Shown here: one piece after another, positions 1-12,789 of the stretch
Layout: each line of letters begins with the position of its first letter
How positions within the stretch are numbered: the stretch's first letter is position 1
Origin: Bigelowiella natans CCMP2755
Lineage: Eukaryota > Protista > Cercozoa
DNA: 64,000 nt
Assembly (NCBI GenBank): GCA_000320545.1
Contig: ADNK01000313.1
Coordinates: 190,779 to 254,778, forward strand
Reading direction: 5' to 3'
The notes under the pieces: generated by a model
What the model saw: only the letters and a program-made list of their open reading frames with translations
Told to the model about the DNA's origin: nothing
Database searches by the model: none
Position numbers and translations under genes: made by a program

Positions 1-1415
1 TGTAAAGTCGCTGTGCGCGGTACGGAGAATTTGACGAAGTTGCAAAATCCAGTGTTTGGGAATTCGATGCCCCACTTGTCCTCTAGGTAAACTTTTGTCC
101 CACGAGCAAGACGTTCAGATCGACGATAACCGAAGAACGCAACATCTTGCCAACGGAACTTTGTTCCTGCAAAAGAAGATGATCAGGCAAACCGGGTGAG
201 CAGCAGAGAATATCCAAAGGAGGGAGCAGGAACAAGTCACAGAAGGAGAAATAAAAATTGGGAGAGAAATAGGAAACGTGCACACACGCATGCCATCAAC
301 ATATTCATACGCATAAAATGTAGAGGAGGTGGGGAGGTGGGAAATCTATCATCTGTAAGTAGCGATAAAAAAAAATCGCTCATCTGTTTCTTCTTACCCC
401 AGACTCTGAACTCAACACGCGCCGATGGCACGTACCACACAGTGGCATTATTCATTCTCATAGACATCTGCAGATCCATGTATTCCTGCAGGGAAGAGGA
501 GGAGGAGGAGGAGGAGGAGGAGGAGGAGGAGGAGGAGGAGGAGGAAAGTTAAGGGTTAAGAGGGCTAGGAGAGTTCGGACAAAATATGATAAAAACAGTG
601 ATTCAAATAGTCTCATATCTTTTAGAGCAAAGTATGATGATTCGTATTACCATGGTAAATGCTGCGTTTGGATCCACAATTGTTTCGATCATTTCAGTTC
701 GCATCATGAAGGCGTGGTCTTCAAGGAAATCAATTTGCTTTCCCTGCTTGAAGTCACTTGGAGCACGGTCGGTGCCCTTCACAATGTCAACCTGAGTTTC
801 GAATGGTTCAAAAGGAAGATGAGTAGAGTTAGAGGTTTATGGATTATGAAGCTACCTCATGGGAGAAGAAGAGAACTCCGGAAGGTTTACGTCGTAAATG
901 AAGGTTGGTATTAATCGCATGCGCAACAAGCATCCCTTCGGTTTCCGCTTCATAGATTTGTGGAGCGGAAGCTGTAAAATGTTAGTGCACTTAGATTAAT
1001 CCCTATCTACGACAGGTTGTGATAGTAAGTGGGTACTCCAGAGTAAAAAGTGGTAGTACCAATGCAGTCCGGATGCGCCTCCAAGCCTTGATACAATTCG
1101 CTCGCGAAGTAGGAATCGAGTGGATAAACGTCGTTATGCATGAACAGGGTATACTTGGTAGTGACAAGCGGTGCAGCTTCAACCCACCCTGCGAATGGGT
1201 TGGCGAAAGAATCAAGTTCTACGAATTGCACGTTGGTAAGATTCTTCGATGCTTGAAGCAACTCCCCTTGAAAAGTTGCGTAACCCATAGGTTTCGGATA
1301 AGTGTAGATTATCTGTGAGTGTGAATAAGTTTGTATAAGTATGTATATTCTCAAAATGCTTGTTTTTACCATACAATGCCCGAATACAAAGATATAACAT
1401 AAATTACATTTACAT

Positions 1416-1456
<41 letters not shown>

Positions 1457-1986
1457 ACATATATTCGTATATGTGTTTTGTGTGTGCGCGCTTGCGCGTG
1501 CGTGTATGTAAGTAAATACATATATGATACAAAAGAATTCTCGCAAAAGATAGGTGATCAACAAAACAATAAGCAACGATGCTGCATTTAAATATTATCA
1601 GTGATAAATGTGAATGCAAACCTTAATATCGTTGGGAAGCATCTTGGAGATGTAAAGGAGTTGCTCAGGGACCTGTGAGATGAAATCCTTCGCGGAGATT
1701 ACCACGGTAACGTCCTGAAGATCATTCAGTACATCAATCAGTATCCTTCTTACCAATTATGCCAGTATCATGAACCACACAGGTCATATTTTAGTTTTAA
1801 TACCTTAACAAGCGTTGCCTCGTCCGTTGGAGGAAAAAGAGTAGGGATGGGGTCGGGAACACCAGGAAGAAAAGCATTACGAGCTATCCTTACAAAGAAT
1901 GCGCCAGGTACTTTCGCACGGTAAAAACCGACCAGTACAGCAAGGATCACTGCCAGGTACGATCCTGTCTTCAAGCCCACCGCCAT
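1..1986 (-). CDS. Glycosyltransferase family 2-like protein with N-terminal signal anchor; multi-exon, 3' end off-window
   Basis: GT-AG exons join in phase: MAVGLKTGSYLAVILAVLVGFY.. / DVTVVISAKD.. / ..TTKYTLFMHNDVYP (DxD-like) / ..IDFLEDHAFMMRT.. / EYMDLQMSM..VWYVPSARV / ..RWQDVAFF..EDKWGI. This is GT-A fold motif order. Confidence 0.75.
494..546. repeat. (GAG)n/(CTC)n microsatellite forming the pyrimidine tract of a minus-strand intron
   Basis: Triplet run just upstream, on the minus strand, of the CTGCAG acceptor of the GT2 gene. Confidence 0.85.
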
Positions 1987-3003
1987 TTTCAGTAGTTTCT
2001 TCTCTGACAGATAGATACATCGAGATATATGGCTGTTTGTTCAGATTTTTTCATTATGTTTTAGATTCGAAGTTGGGATATGTTTGTATAGATGGAAGAG
2101 ACACTGGAATATGAAAGTTTCGTCGCGTCAATTTTATAAAAGTATTACTTTCTTGGAGGGGGGTAACTACACGGCCTTTCGACTTAAGATCAATTTTAGC
2201 CGTAAATGTCCCCTTAGAGCGAGTACTTTTAGACATAGTATGTATTGATTATACGATGACGACATCATTCGAATTACTTATTCTGAATTTTTTGGTGCTC
2301 ATTTTCGCTGAATGCAACGCGCCTTGATCTTATCTCGGTCAATTGACCAACAATTTGATCAAGAATCATTCCTGTCTATCTACGTTCGATATCCAGATAT
2401 GTATCATGTCGTAATATTCTATCTTCCTACATTTATCCTAAAAAAGCGATCTATGGTCGCGTGCCAGAGGGAGACGTATCCGGCCAAGAAGATGTGGCAG
2501 GCGGAAATCCATCGCAAACTTCCCATTCGATTGTCGCTCGGTGAAAAGCTTGGTATCAGGAAACCCTTGAGCTCTGGTGGCTAGATCTACGCATTATTAT
2601 TTGCGACATCCTGGACACGTCATTTCATAATAAAAATAACATCCGAAATTCATGGAAATCATTCTGAAAAAAATCAATTCATTTTCGCGCATATTAGGTT
2701 TCCGCATGATTTTAGCGCCTGAAACGGAACGGTAGTGGGCTTTGAGCTTTCTTTTTAGGTTTGTCCTTCGACTTGCATGTAAGACATGAAATGAAGTATG
2801 TCGTTTGGATCATAAGTCGCCTTCAAGGTACACCATTAAGTATCAGAAAATCGAAGTCTATCTTGGTAGCAGGGGGGGCGAAGGGAGAAGAGTGCAGCAG
2901 CCTGTGGGACAAGTCTTTGTATCCTATACATCATTATGTGACTGATTTATTGTACTTACAAACACATTTTGCAGGGTACTTGTAGTTCGAAGATCTAGGT
3001 ACA

Positions 3004-3301
3004 ATGGGTGTGTGCAGCTCTACACCTGAGGAACCTAATGACATGGAGGCTGGCAACAGTAAAAGGGATCAAAAGGAGCTCGATTTGATTCTCAACAACA
3101 TCCCTCTTCTGAGTAATAATTGATTTTTTTCCTTTGCACGTGCGCATAGCGAGTATGCACAACAAAATGCGCGCGCACTGTTCACAACAGTTAATCAACT
3201 CGATAAATTTCCAAATTTAGTGATTAGTTTCATTTCAGAACGAATGAAGAGGGAAGATCGAACACGTGTTGCAAGGGCGCTTTTAGAAGAACAGTACATA
3301 C

Positions 3302-3380
<79 letters not shown>

Positions 3381-3770
3381 ATGTATGCTCGTCACATATA
3401 GATTGTATTTCAGTTTAATTAAATTCAATCTTGCTCTTCCACCATATTTTAAAGATTTGCAGACAAGCAAGATATTATAACGCAAGGAGACGATGGCGAC
3501 AAATTCTACATTATTAAATCGGTATCATCAGACCTTTCTTTCCTAACGGGCTGTAACCACGATTATCCCAGCAGCACGTTAACAACTTCAAATGATATTC
3601 AGGGCAAAGCTGAGGTTTTAGTTGGCGGTAACCTCGTAGGAAAGCTTTCTGAAGGAGAATTTTTCGGTAATTATGTACAAGAAAAACCTTGCATGTACAT
3701 GAACTCTTACATCTTCACAAAATGCGATCTCACACGTGTTGCAAGGGCGTTTTAGAAGAACAGTACAGAC

Positions 3771-3847
<77 letters not shown>

Positions 3848-6124
3848 CATCTTCAGGAGAGCAGGCTCTGCGCAATCGTAACAGCAAAAGAAACGCGACC
3901 ATCCGCGCGAACGGAAAAGTGGAAGTAATTCTCTTTCATGCGAATTTCAAAATGATTACATGGACTGCATATGATTCCCTCCTGTCGGATTTTTGTCAAT
4001 GATTCATTCACAGCAAAAAATAATCCTTACATAAAATTCTTTTACTCACCACTTAGTGTTACACCCTCTCTCACAAAGCTTTCCACCAATTGTTCGATAA
4101 AGAAGCAATGTTAAGGCTTTTTCCGAAGCGCCAGGTCACCATAATCGTGCTCATGAAGCCTTTTCCACCGTAATGTATTGGCTGGCAGAAATTAGAATGA
4201 TTAAGATATGCATTAGAGGAGTAGCTTTAAAATAACTAGATACCATACGGAAGCCTCAGTTTTGACTCCCTACTAAAGCAGCCTGTTACTACCCTACCAA
4301 CTCAATATACTAGGCTGTAATGGGGATCTCTGGAAAAGATGCCAAGAATCACATTATCGAAAAGCCTGCCAATGCCAGTACCGAGAAGACTGAAAAGGAT
4401 CAAGCGATGATAAGAAATGCGCTGCAGAGCAATCCATTGATGAAAACTATTTTAGGAGAAGATCAGGTCAATAGAACGAAAATAACCAATTCAGAAAAGA
4501 GTATTTGGGAGAAGCTCCAGCACCATAAATACACCCGGAAAGCTAGATCACAAATGTCAACTTGCACTGTGTTTTACGTTGCACCAGTGACGACATTCAT
4601 TAGTCGAATGAATAACGGACTGTTCTTTTCCCACAAGGTAAACATGATCATAGACGAGATGTGGAAGATGAGCCTTCCAAAAGGAAAGGATGTTATCAAA
4701 GAAGGAGCGAAGGGGGACAATTTCTACATAATTATCTCTGGAAAAATGGGGATATATAGGTATCCAAATCACTCCCACCACCAAACCGTAAAAAATGTGG
4801 TGTTTCATTACTCTCGTGTCAGAATTAATTTGTTCTGTTTCAATACACTAACATTACTTAAGGGAGGGTCAAAAAGGCAAGGTGGCAGAGCGTGGACCCG
4901 GGCAAAGTTTCGGAGAGATCGCGTTAATGTACAATTGTGCCCGAAAAGCAACGGTCAGATGTGAGGAAGATGTGAAGCTCTGGGCCATCGATCGGTATGA
5001 TTGAGTCGTGGGTTATATATATGGGGTTAAGGGCGAAACGAATTTTGTTAAATAAAACAGCAGCTTACATACCAATTGGATAGACCACCATGCTGCTGCA
5101 TAGTTGAATTCGTTTCCTCCACGACAGATACACCTTCAAGCGAATTTCTACCAATGCAAGTGCGTCTACTCTAGAGGAATACGAAAAGTTTTTGTCAAAA
5201 GTTAACGGATTTGATCAGTTGACGAAATTCGAACGATCTCGTATCGCCGAGGCATTAGAGGAAATTAAGTTCTCCCCGGGTGATGTAATCATAAGAGAAG
5301 GGGATAACGGCGATTCGTTCTTCATCTTAAAACGCGGCCATGTTGTCGTCTCAAAGTTAATAGAGGGGAAATCGAAGCAAGTGATGGAGTACAGGTATTC
5401 ATATTGTACTTCCTCCTCCTACCTATCTTAGGATTACTCAAGAGTTAAATGCGTGTATGTTTCTGCTAGTAGTGGTGTGAGCATCTTGTTAAAATGTTGA
5501 AGTTGTTGGAGTCTTAGTCGCCGAATTTCGTTGCAGCAAACCTGGGGATTACTTCGGTGAACGTGCTATTTTGAAGGATGAACAGCGTGCGGCTACTTGC
5601 ACGACGACGAAAGTCACAACTTGTCTTATGCTAAAACGTGATGTCTTTGAGCTCCTTTTGGGGCCTTTAAGAGAACTGATGGAGAGGACAGGCGACAAGA
5701 AGTAAGTGAGCAACAAACCATTGGACAGTATTAGAATATGTATCACTTATTTTATCCCAATAATAAGTCTCATCACCACCAACTGCCTGCCCACCACAGG
5801 TACAGCTTAGCTGATAAAAAGGGTTTGAATGAAGAGGACGGTGCAGCAGTGCGCACTCATTATAATGGCACGAAGGATTTCGAAACAATTGGCGTTTTAG
5901 GAAAGGGGTAAAGCACTAAAAGAAGAGAAACTAGTGCCAAGTCACACTTAAATCTTTGAAACAATTAGTTTATAGCAAGAATAAGGTTTTTTTTTTCTAG
6001 ATGGTATAAAAGAAATATGTCATTATGGACTGCATCCACAAATAGTGAATGTAAATTAATGAACTCGCATCTGAGACAACATACATATTTATTGTATATT
6101 AAACACATGCAAAAGATTAATGGG

Positions 6125-6169
<45 letters not shown>

Positions 6170-7116
6170 TTGTGTGTGTGATTGTGCGCTCTCGATTTAT
6201 GTCTGAACGAAGCTCATTTGGATCGGTGAAGCTTGTAAAAGGTGCACGTAATTACATTTTTTTTCATGTTTCATGTCTGGGGTCCATATAGCGATGTTGA
6301 AGACATGGCTGACAACTTAACTACCATAACAGTTTTTTTTAAAGCAAAGTCGACCCATATTTGCGGCGTCTTAAAGATTGTCTTGAAGCCTATATCACTT
6401 TGTATATTCTCCCTTTCTACTACTTAGCGAACGACACAATGTACGCCTTAAAGGCTGTTGGAAAGGACCGAGTCGAAACCTTGGGCCAGCAAGAGCACAT
6501 CATGAACGAAAGGAATGTTATGCTACGAATCCACCACCCTTTCATTGTGGTTCTATACCAGACATTCCAGGACCAAAATTATCTTTACTTCTTACTGGAG
6601 CCTTCGCTCGGAGGTGCGTGCATGCACGGAGCTTGTGAATTTATTTTCCATTTTGTGCATCGTGACCCTGTATACCACTCCGTCATCAGACAACTGTACT
6701 GACGATCGCTTAATTTTACAGGAGAATTATTCTCAGTGTTGCGGGAGAAGACCTACTTTAATCATGAAGAAGCACGCTTCTTTGCTGCTTCCGTCGTCTC
6801 CGTTTTCGAGTATAGCTAAGCAACCCAACACACCCACACAGCAATCAAAAGAGTAGTACTCTGTGGTTGGAAATTATTCCCAGACGCACAACACTATCTG
6901 ACTGGCGCTGACATAAATAATTCTCCGATTGATTTGTTGTTCAGATATTTGCATAGCAAAGATATCATTTACCGTGACTTAAAGCCTGAAAATCTACTTC
7001 TCGACGAACGGGGATACCTTAAAGTTACTGATTTCGGTTTCGCAAAGGAAGTCAAGGATCGCACGTGGACTCTGTGCGGTATGCCTTACTTCCATCCTCC
7101 TCTTCCCCCCCCACCC

Positions 7117-7156
<40 letters not shown>

Positions 7157-7673
7157 TTCTCGCCCGCCCTCTCTTTGTGCGTGTGCGTTTTTGTGTGTTA
7201 CACTTCAAAATGGCATCGGATGATGTGAAAATAGACGAAGTGCATCAATATTAAATGAAAATTCATTGCTGTAGTAATGACTTTGAGTTCAGATTAATAA
7301 TTTATTCATAGGGACTCCTGACTATCTTGCGCCTGAGATTATCTCTTCACGATCGCATGGCAAAGGCGTCGATTGGTGGACTCTTGGGATCCTAATTTAT
7401 GAGATGCTGTTTTCTTATCCTCCATTCTATGATCAAGATCCCATGAAAGTGTATGCTAAGATTATGCTTGCCAAGCTCAAATTCCCGAAGGGCTTTGACG
7501 AAGACGCAAAATCACTGATCTGTGAGCTTCTAAAACCAAAACCGTCATCAAGGCTAGGAGTTACTGCTGGTGGAGCATCAAAAGTAAAATTTTCTTAATT
7601 TAGAACTACATATCCTTTAGTTCCTTATTTTGGGAATGAAATTATGATTTCCAAAATGGAACAACCAGAGCAC

Positions 7674-7711
<38 letters not shown>

Positions 7712-7920
7712 CAATGTGTCATACCTAGGTGAAGGCCCATCCATGGTTCAAGCCAATGTCCTTTGAGGATCTATTGGCCCGTAAGATTGATGCACCTATA
7801 GTGCAAAAGGTTGACGAGGCTGATCCGCTCTTTCATTTTGAAGAGTATGGGGACTTTTCTGACTCAGAAACATACAATGGCGACAATTCGGATTTTAAGA
7901 ATTTCAATTCTTCTTCGTAA
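3004..7920 (+). CDS. Cyclic-nucleotide-dependent protein kinase with PKG architecture (3 CNB domains + AGC kinase)
   Basis: MGVCSS start; three cassettes [46 protein letters not shown]; kinase motifs [45 protein letters not shown]; C-terminal FKNF; TAA at 7918-7920. Exon phases consistent. Confidence 0.93.
3726..3811 (+). repeat. Intronic duplicate of 3256-3340 (exon 2 3' end, donor site and CA tract)
   Basis: acacgtgttgcaagggcg(c)ttttagaagaacagtaca-x-acctacacac..cacattat occurs at both positions, with a 1-nt deletion in the second copy. Confidence 0.9.
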
Positions 7921-8720
7921 CTCCATTGTCAACAAGCTAGCAAGTGTAACGGACATGGATGACCAGCCAACGGTTCGCCGCCATTACTAGATTAAAAAAT
8001 CCATAGTGGACTTGCAACTGGACAACATCTCATCATAATGACGACACGACTAGGCGGCATCTGCCATGCACATATGAATGCATGCAGTTCAACGTCACAC
8101 GTACCACTAGACTAGCACAATCATGTCGTAGCATATTGATATTGTTGCATGGATGCGATGCCTCATGGAGCATGCTAGCATGTCCTAGTGTCTAGATGTG
8201 CCATGCAGATCCAATCTAGACAATCTAGCAATGCATGCACATGACATCTAGACTAGTAGATGCAATCGCAACGATCGATGTGTGTTCTATGGTGTGAGCA
8301 GCCTCCAATGTAATGATGCATCGCAGCCGCTGTGCTAGCGACATGCAGTTCAAATTTTCGATGGCTGCAGCATTCATTCATGTGTGTAACACAATCAATC
8401 TAGTTAGCTACATAGCAATGCTATAGATGCATATCGCATGTTGCTAGTGACTAGTACATGAACACATGTGTGTATCATCACCCTTGTGCGGTTGGCTATA
8501 CATCAGCAGCATTCATGTGTACATACGATGTACACATATGCCAAGTACACATGCCAACATCTAGACGTGCTCGTCTGATTTCGGCATGCGCGAGCAACAA
8601 GATTTCAAGAAATCGTAAAGTCATATTTTGATCCAAGTTTTTATTCTCAGTTGTTTTATTGGAAAATAACAAGCATTGTTCAATATCACTCTTCATTATT
8701 GGTTAACATTGGCGTACTCT

Positions 8721-11669
8721 TCACAAATCATCGTCCTCGTCGTCTTCATCCTCATCCTCATCCTCGTCCGTATCGTCGCCACCCACTTTAAATAAAAATA
8801 GAATAAGTAAAAGCCTTCAACACAACCATATAATGTAATCATATAATGTCTAAGCACTGGAACTCAGATGCTGAATAAATTTCCCATCTAATATTACAAA
8901 TATTACTGAAGTAGTCATCATCGTCGCTGCTGCTTTCGTCATCATCTTGAGCAGGACAGACATTGAAGATTTCCTTCAACCTGTAATATTTATTTAAACC
9001 ATATTCACATTTTAACATATTATGCATACATACTTTAAAAAGTCACACGAACATAATGTGTACATGTGAATATACACGATGTACACATGCCATGTAATAA
9101 TCATGTAATACTCAAAATCTCGAATACATATTCGTGTGTGTTTACTTTATGAGTTTTACTCTGTGCCCTTTCTTCACTCCTGCTTTTGTGAGAATTTCCT
9201 CAAACTTATCCTTATCAAGCTGTTGTGTTATGTGCGTATCACAGCTCACAATCACAAATACTAAAGAGACAATATGCACCCGAAGACGTACAGTACCTTC
9301 AAAAGATCTTTCGCTGTTTTCAATCTTGGATTGTTCTCTTTTATACTCTTTGTGTATGACTCATAATTTGATATCCGGAGTAAACGAAGAACATCCTCGA
9401 TGTTTCCGAACTAATAATTAACAACAAACACGAAACTTATCTCAGCATTTAACGGTTGAGAATTGGGAAGACTATAGGTGGTCAACAATTATGACGATGA
9501 GGATCAATGGTGATGAAGATAATGATGTTGATGTTATACCACCTGCTCACTAGCATCACTATCTTCACTATAATCTTTGGTTTTGCTAAAGTTGATCAGG
9601 AACGTTCTCAGCGAGAGTGATACTTTCGAATCTGCACAGGAATAAGAAGAGCATGAAGATGGAGCCTTTGACATGAGAATATAACAATGGTCGATCTTAA
9701 GTTACGGAAATACCACAGGATAGGGACATGATGGATTGAATTAAAGCGAAAACTCTAGACGTCGATTGTTTTAACAGGGTTTAGCCCTCACGAGAGTGAA
9801 TGGGATATGGAGTTGAGCAAGGGCCGGACAAAGAAGCAAATTATTGTCCCAATTATTACGATATAAGTCGGATTTTCCACATGCGACATCATTTATATGT
9901 TGACGCAAAGAAATAACAGCAATCCATTTCGAATCCCAGTCTTTGTCCCGGAAGGTTCTTTGACAAAGCGCAGAAGGAAAGTATCTCCCGTTCTTCCCAG
10001 AAATTTCTCATGGAATCCGTGCTGTTCGGTTGTTGTTGTTTTGTTTGTTGTTGTTGTTGTTGTTGTTTGCTGCTGTTGTTGTTTGCTGCTGTTGTTGTTG
10101 CATCACAAAAAACCCTAACTTTTTGTCTTTAACTAGCAGTAAGTAGTGCAGTGGGTGGACCAAAACCTATCACCGGCTGATTAGATAAAAATTAATACCA
10201 CTTATATCGTATACTATTTATGATGACCACTACTTCCTACACACTTTTCTGCACACACCTTCTCTGGAAGAGACGAGGGAGGAACGGCGCTGCTGCTGCT
10301 GCTGCTGCTGCTGGGACTCTTGCAAGTGCAAGGGCAAGGAGGGGCGGCTTGGGATGTGTCTGCACGTAACATGCAAATGTTGTTGAAAACTTCCACCGTC
10401 GTTGCTGCGAGCATTGTGGCAGCAATCGCAGTATTCATATTATCCATAGACTCTCCCAGGTGTGTGTGAACTCTTTCCTGTATTATTCGTACATCGATTT
10501 CTTCAATTCTGCAGTAAATTCAACAACTTTATGTCGGTACTACTTAACACAGCAGGTTCTTAGTCCCGTTATCGCTATCGCCATCCCACTCGATAGGAAA
10601 GGACGCTGTGTTGTCGGTGCCTCATGTACGAAAACAACTTTCTAGAGTCATTTCCGATGAGTTTCCTAGACAGCCTGTTGGGGAATAGTCGGTTACGCAG
10701 CTATTGAGTATAGCTACATCACATGTCTAAAGTGCGACACAGCACATAACCTTGTTATTTTTACGAACGTTGGTTCTCACTAGCTGCACCCGTTGTCTGT
10801 CTGTCTATCTATCTTCTTCTTCATCTTCATCTTAGAATCGTGGTCTTCCCTCCTGGAAGAAAATGGCAGATAAGTTGCTAGAAGAAGAAAGAAAGGAAAT
10901 GGATGAAGACGAAGACACAAACTCCGACGAAGGGAGCGTGGTATTTTGACGTTCGCATAAATCAGAATCAGAGAGCTGTTATCGTCCCCTCCTCCCTTTT
11001 CCGTAAAATGTGTTCCAATCACTCTGTAGTAGTGATGGTACACAGCATTGATGTGGAGCAAAGTGTAATCTGAAAATACATTTCTGTCAACATTTATACC
11101 TATTCCGACGGTAGGTTGGTAGCTCGGAGTTCATTGCGACTGACGAAGAGCTGGTAACGATTCTTTCGAATAAATAGTTAGCATGCCGGGTAATGAGGCC
11201 TGATTTACAGGGTCATGTATCATCTGATAACTATACCTATAATATGGCAATAGGCTGAACGAAAACGAATTGTTGTTGAGGAAAGAAGAAAGATCAATCG
11301 CAAGCACGTTATTGGAGATGCGGTTAGTTTAATAGCATCCTACTAAACACAGTACATTCTCATTCGGGAATAGTCTGTAAAAAGGAGGAGGGGAAAGGGA
11401 GAGGAGTGGGAAAAGTTATCTTTATTTCTTATAAATCTCTAGGATACCTTATATTTGAGATTGTTGTAGGGTAAGTCTTATGTGTGTTTGTGGAGCGATC
11501 CCGCCTTGACTCCTCTTTGCTGTTTTATTGGTCGATAATGTGGCAGCTTCGTAGCGTGCAAAGCAGGTCATAGTAATCGTCGATTTAGAACATTGGAATG
11601 CTATACACACTTCGGCCATAGCGCATTCCAAAAAGCTTCTTCGTTAAGTTCTGTTGGTTTCCCCAGCAT
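8721..11669 (-). CDS. Protein with C-terminal SAM domain and acidic tail; 5' structure uncertain
   Basis: In-phase 3' exons give FGNIEDVLRLLRISNYESYTKSIKENNPRLKTAKDLLK/LDKDKFEEILTKAGVKKGHRVKLIK (SAM GxxxxGHRxKL signature), then a D/E-rich tail and TGA at 8723-8721. Exons above about 9.7 kb could not be assembled reliably. Confidence 0.55.
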
Positions 11670-11982
11670 CCCCTTTTCCCGAATTCCATCTCTGCTGTTG
11701 TCCTTCCTCTTCTAATGCGTTTTTATTCTACACAGATTTTTGATCGAGGAAGGGACCGGTAGTATTAAAGAGTATGTACGTGATGTCTTTAGTCCTCACA
11801 TCATGGGTCTCCCTGCTGCCGTCTTCGAGGAGGGAAACAACGTGGCTAAACAAGAAGGTGATGATGATGATGATGATGATGATGGGGAGAGGAGTAGAGA
11901 TGTTACTTGCACGCAGTAAGGGGTCAATGTAAATGACATCAGAGTAAAACTCTCTAGGGTTCACCGAGGGCGAAATGATGAG

Positions 11983-12445
11983 ATGCCTGATTCTTTTAAT
12001 GCGTTCTTGGTGCGACCGATGCCACTCCTCCTCCCATCATTTGCTTCAATACTTAAACGGTGTTGTTGTTTTCGATCATCATCATCATTATCATCATCAT
12101 CATCATCATCATCTTCTTCTTCACTGATAGAGCTGCCACACCACCACCCAGAATCCGGCTGTTTTCAGCCTACTGAATATCGAGAGGAGGAGCTCGGCGT
12201 TTATCACTACAAGCAAGGTGGCTATCACCCGGATGTTTACTATCGAAATGTTCGCAAAGATAGGAGGGGGACAAGGAGAAGGAAGAAGAGGGGCAATAAT
12301 GCCCATAAAGCCAGGATAAAGGTCAGATATGAGCACGTTGGCAATGTTAATCATACTGCAACCTATATATATCTGATGTTGTTTAATAGCAAACAACGTC
12401 TATCATCGTTATCATCACTTGATGGTGGTGGGGAAATATACATGC

Positions 12446-12485
<40 letters not shown>

Positions 12486-12742
12486 GGCCCTACTTGTTTC
12501 ATCGATAGATTGAGACGATAGTAGTTGCAACCAACGTTCAATGAAGACGGCACTTCACTCGGCAATATTGTTCTTATTTTTGTATTGTGTTGTATTGTAT
12601 TGTATTGTATTGATGGTATTACTCAGGAAATAGCATCCTCATCGGAGTCAACCTCTGAGCACTCCCAACGAAGGTAGGTAGGTAGGAAAGTGGGTATTAC
12701 TACTACGTGGAGTATTTCAAATGGTATCTCAATTCAACATAG

Positions 12743-12789
<47 letters not shown>

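Noticed and set aside
196-552. Plus-strand ORF ending in poly-Glu
   Set aside because: Antisense to the GT2 gene; the run is an intronic (CTC)n tract.
2312-2985. Short ORFs in the GT2/kinase divergent gap
   Set aside because: No recognisable motif or consistent splice chain; treated as promoter/UTR.
11050-11200. Rab-like fragments LITRHAN..F and YQPTVGIDY on the minus strand
   Set aside because: They are in different frames, and I found no GxxxxGK or DxxG motif.
12180-12240. EEELGVYHYKQGGYHP resembling the SRPK N-terminus
   Set aside because: No kinase motifs follow in any downstream exon.
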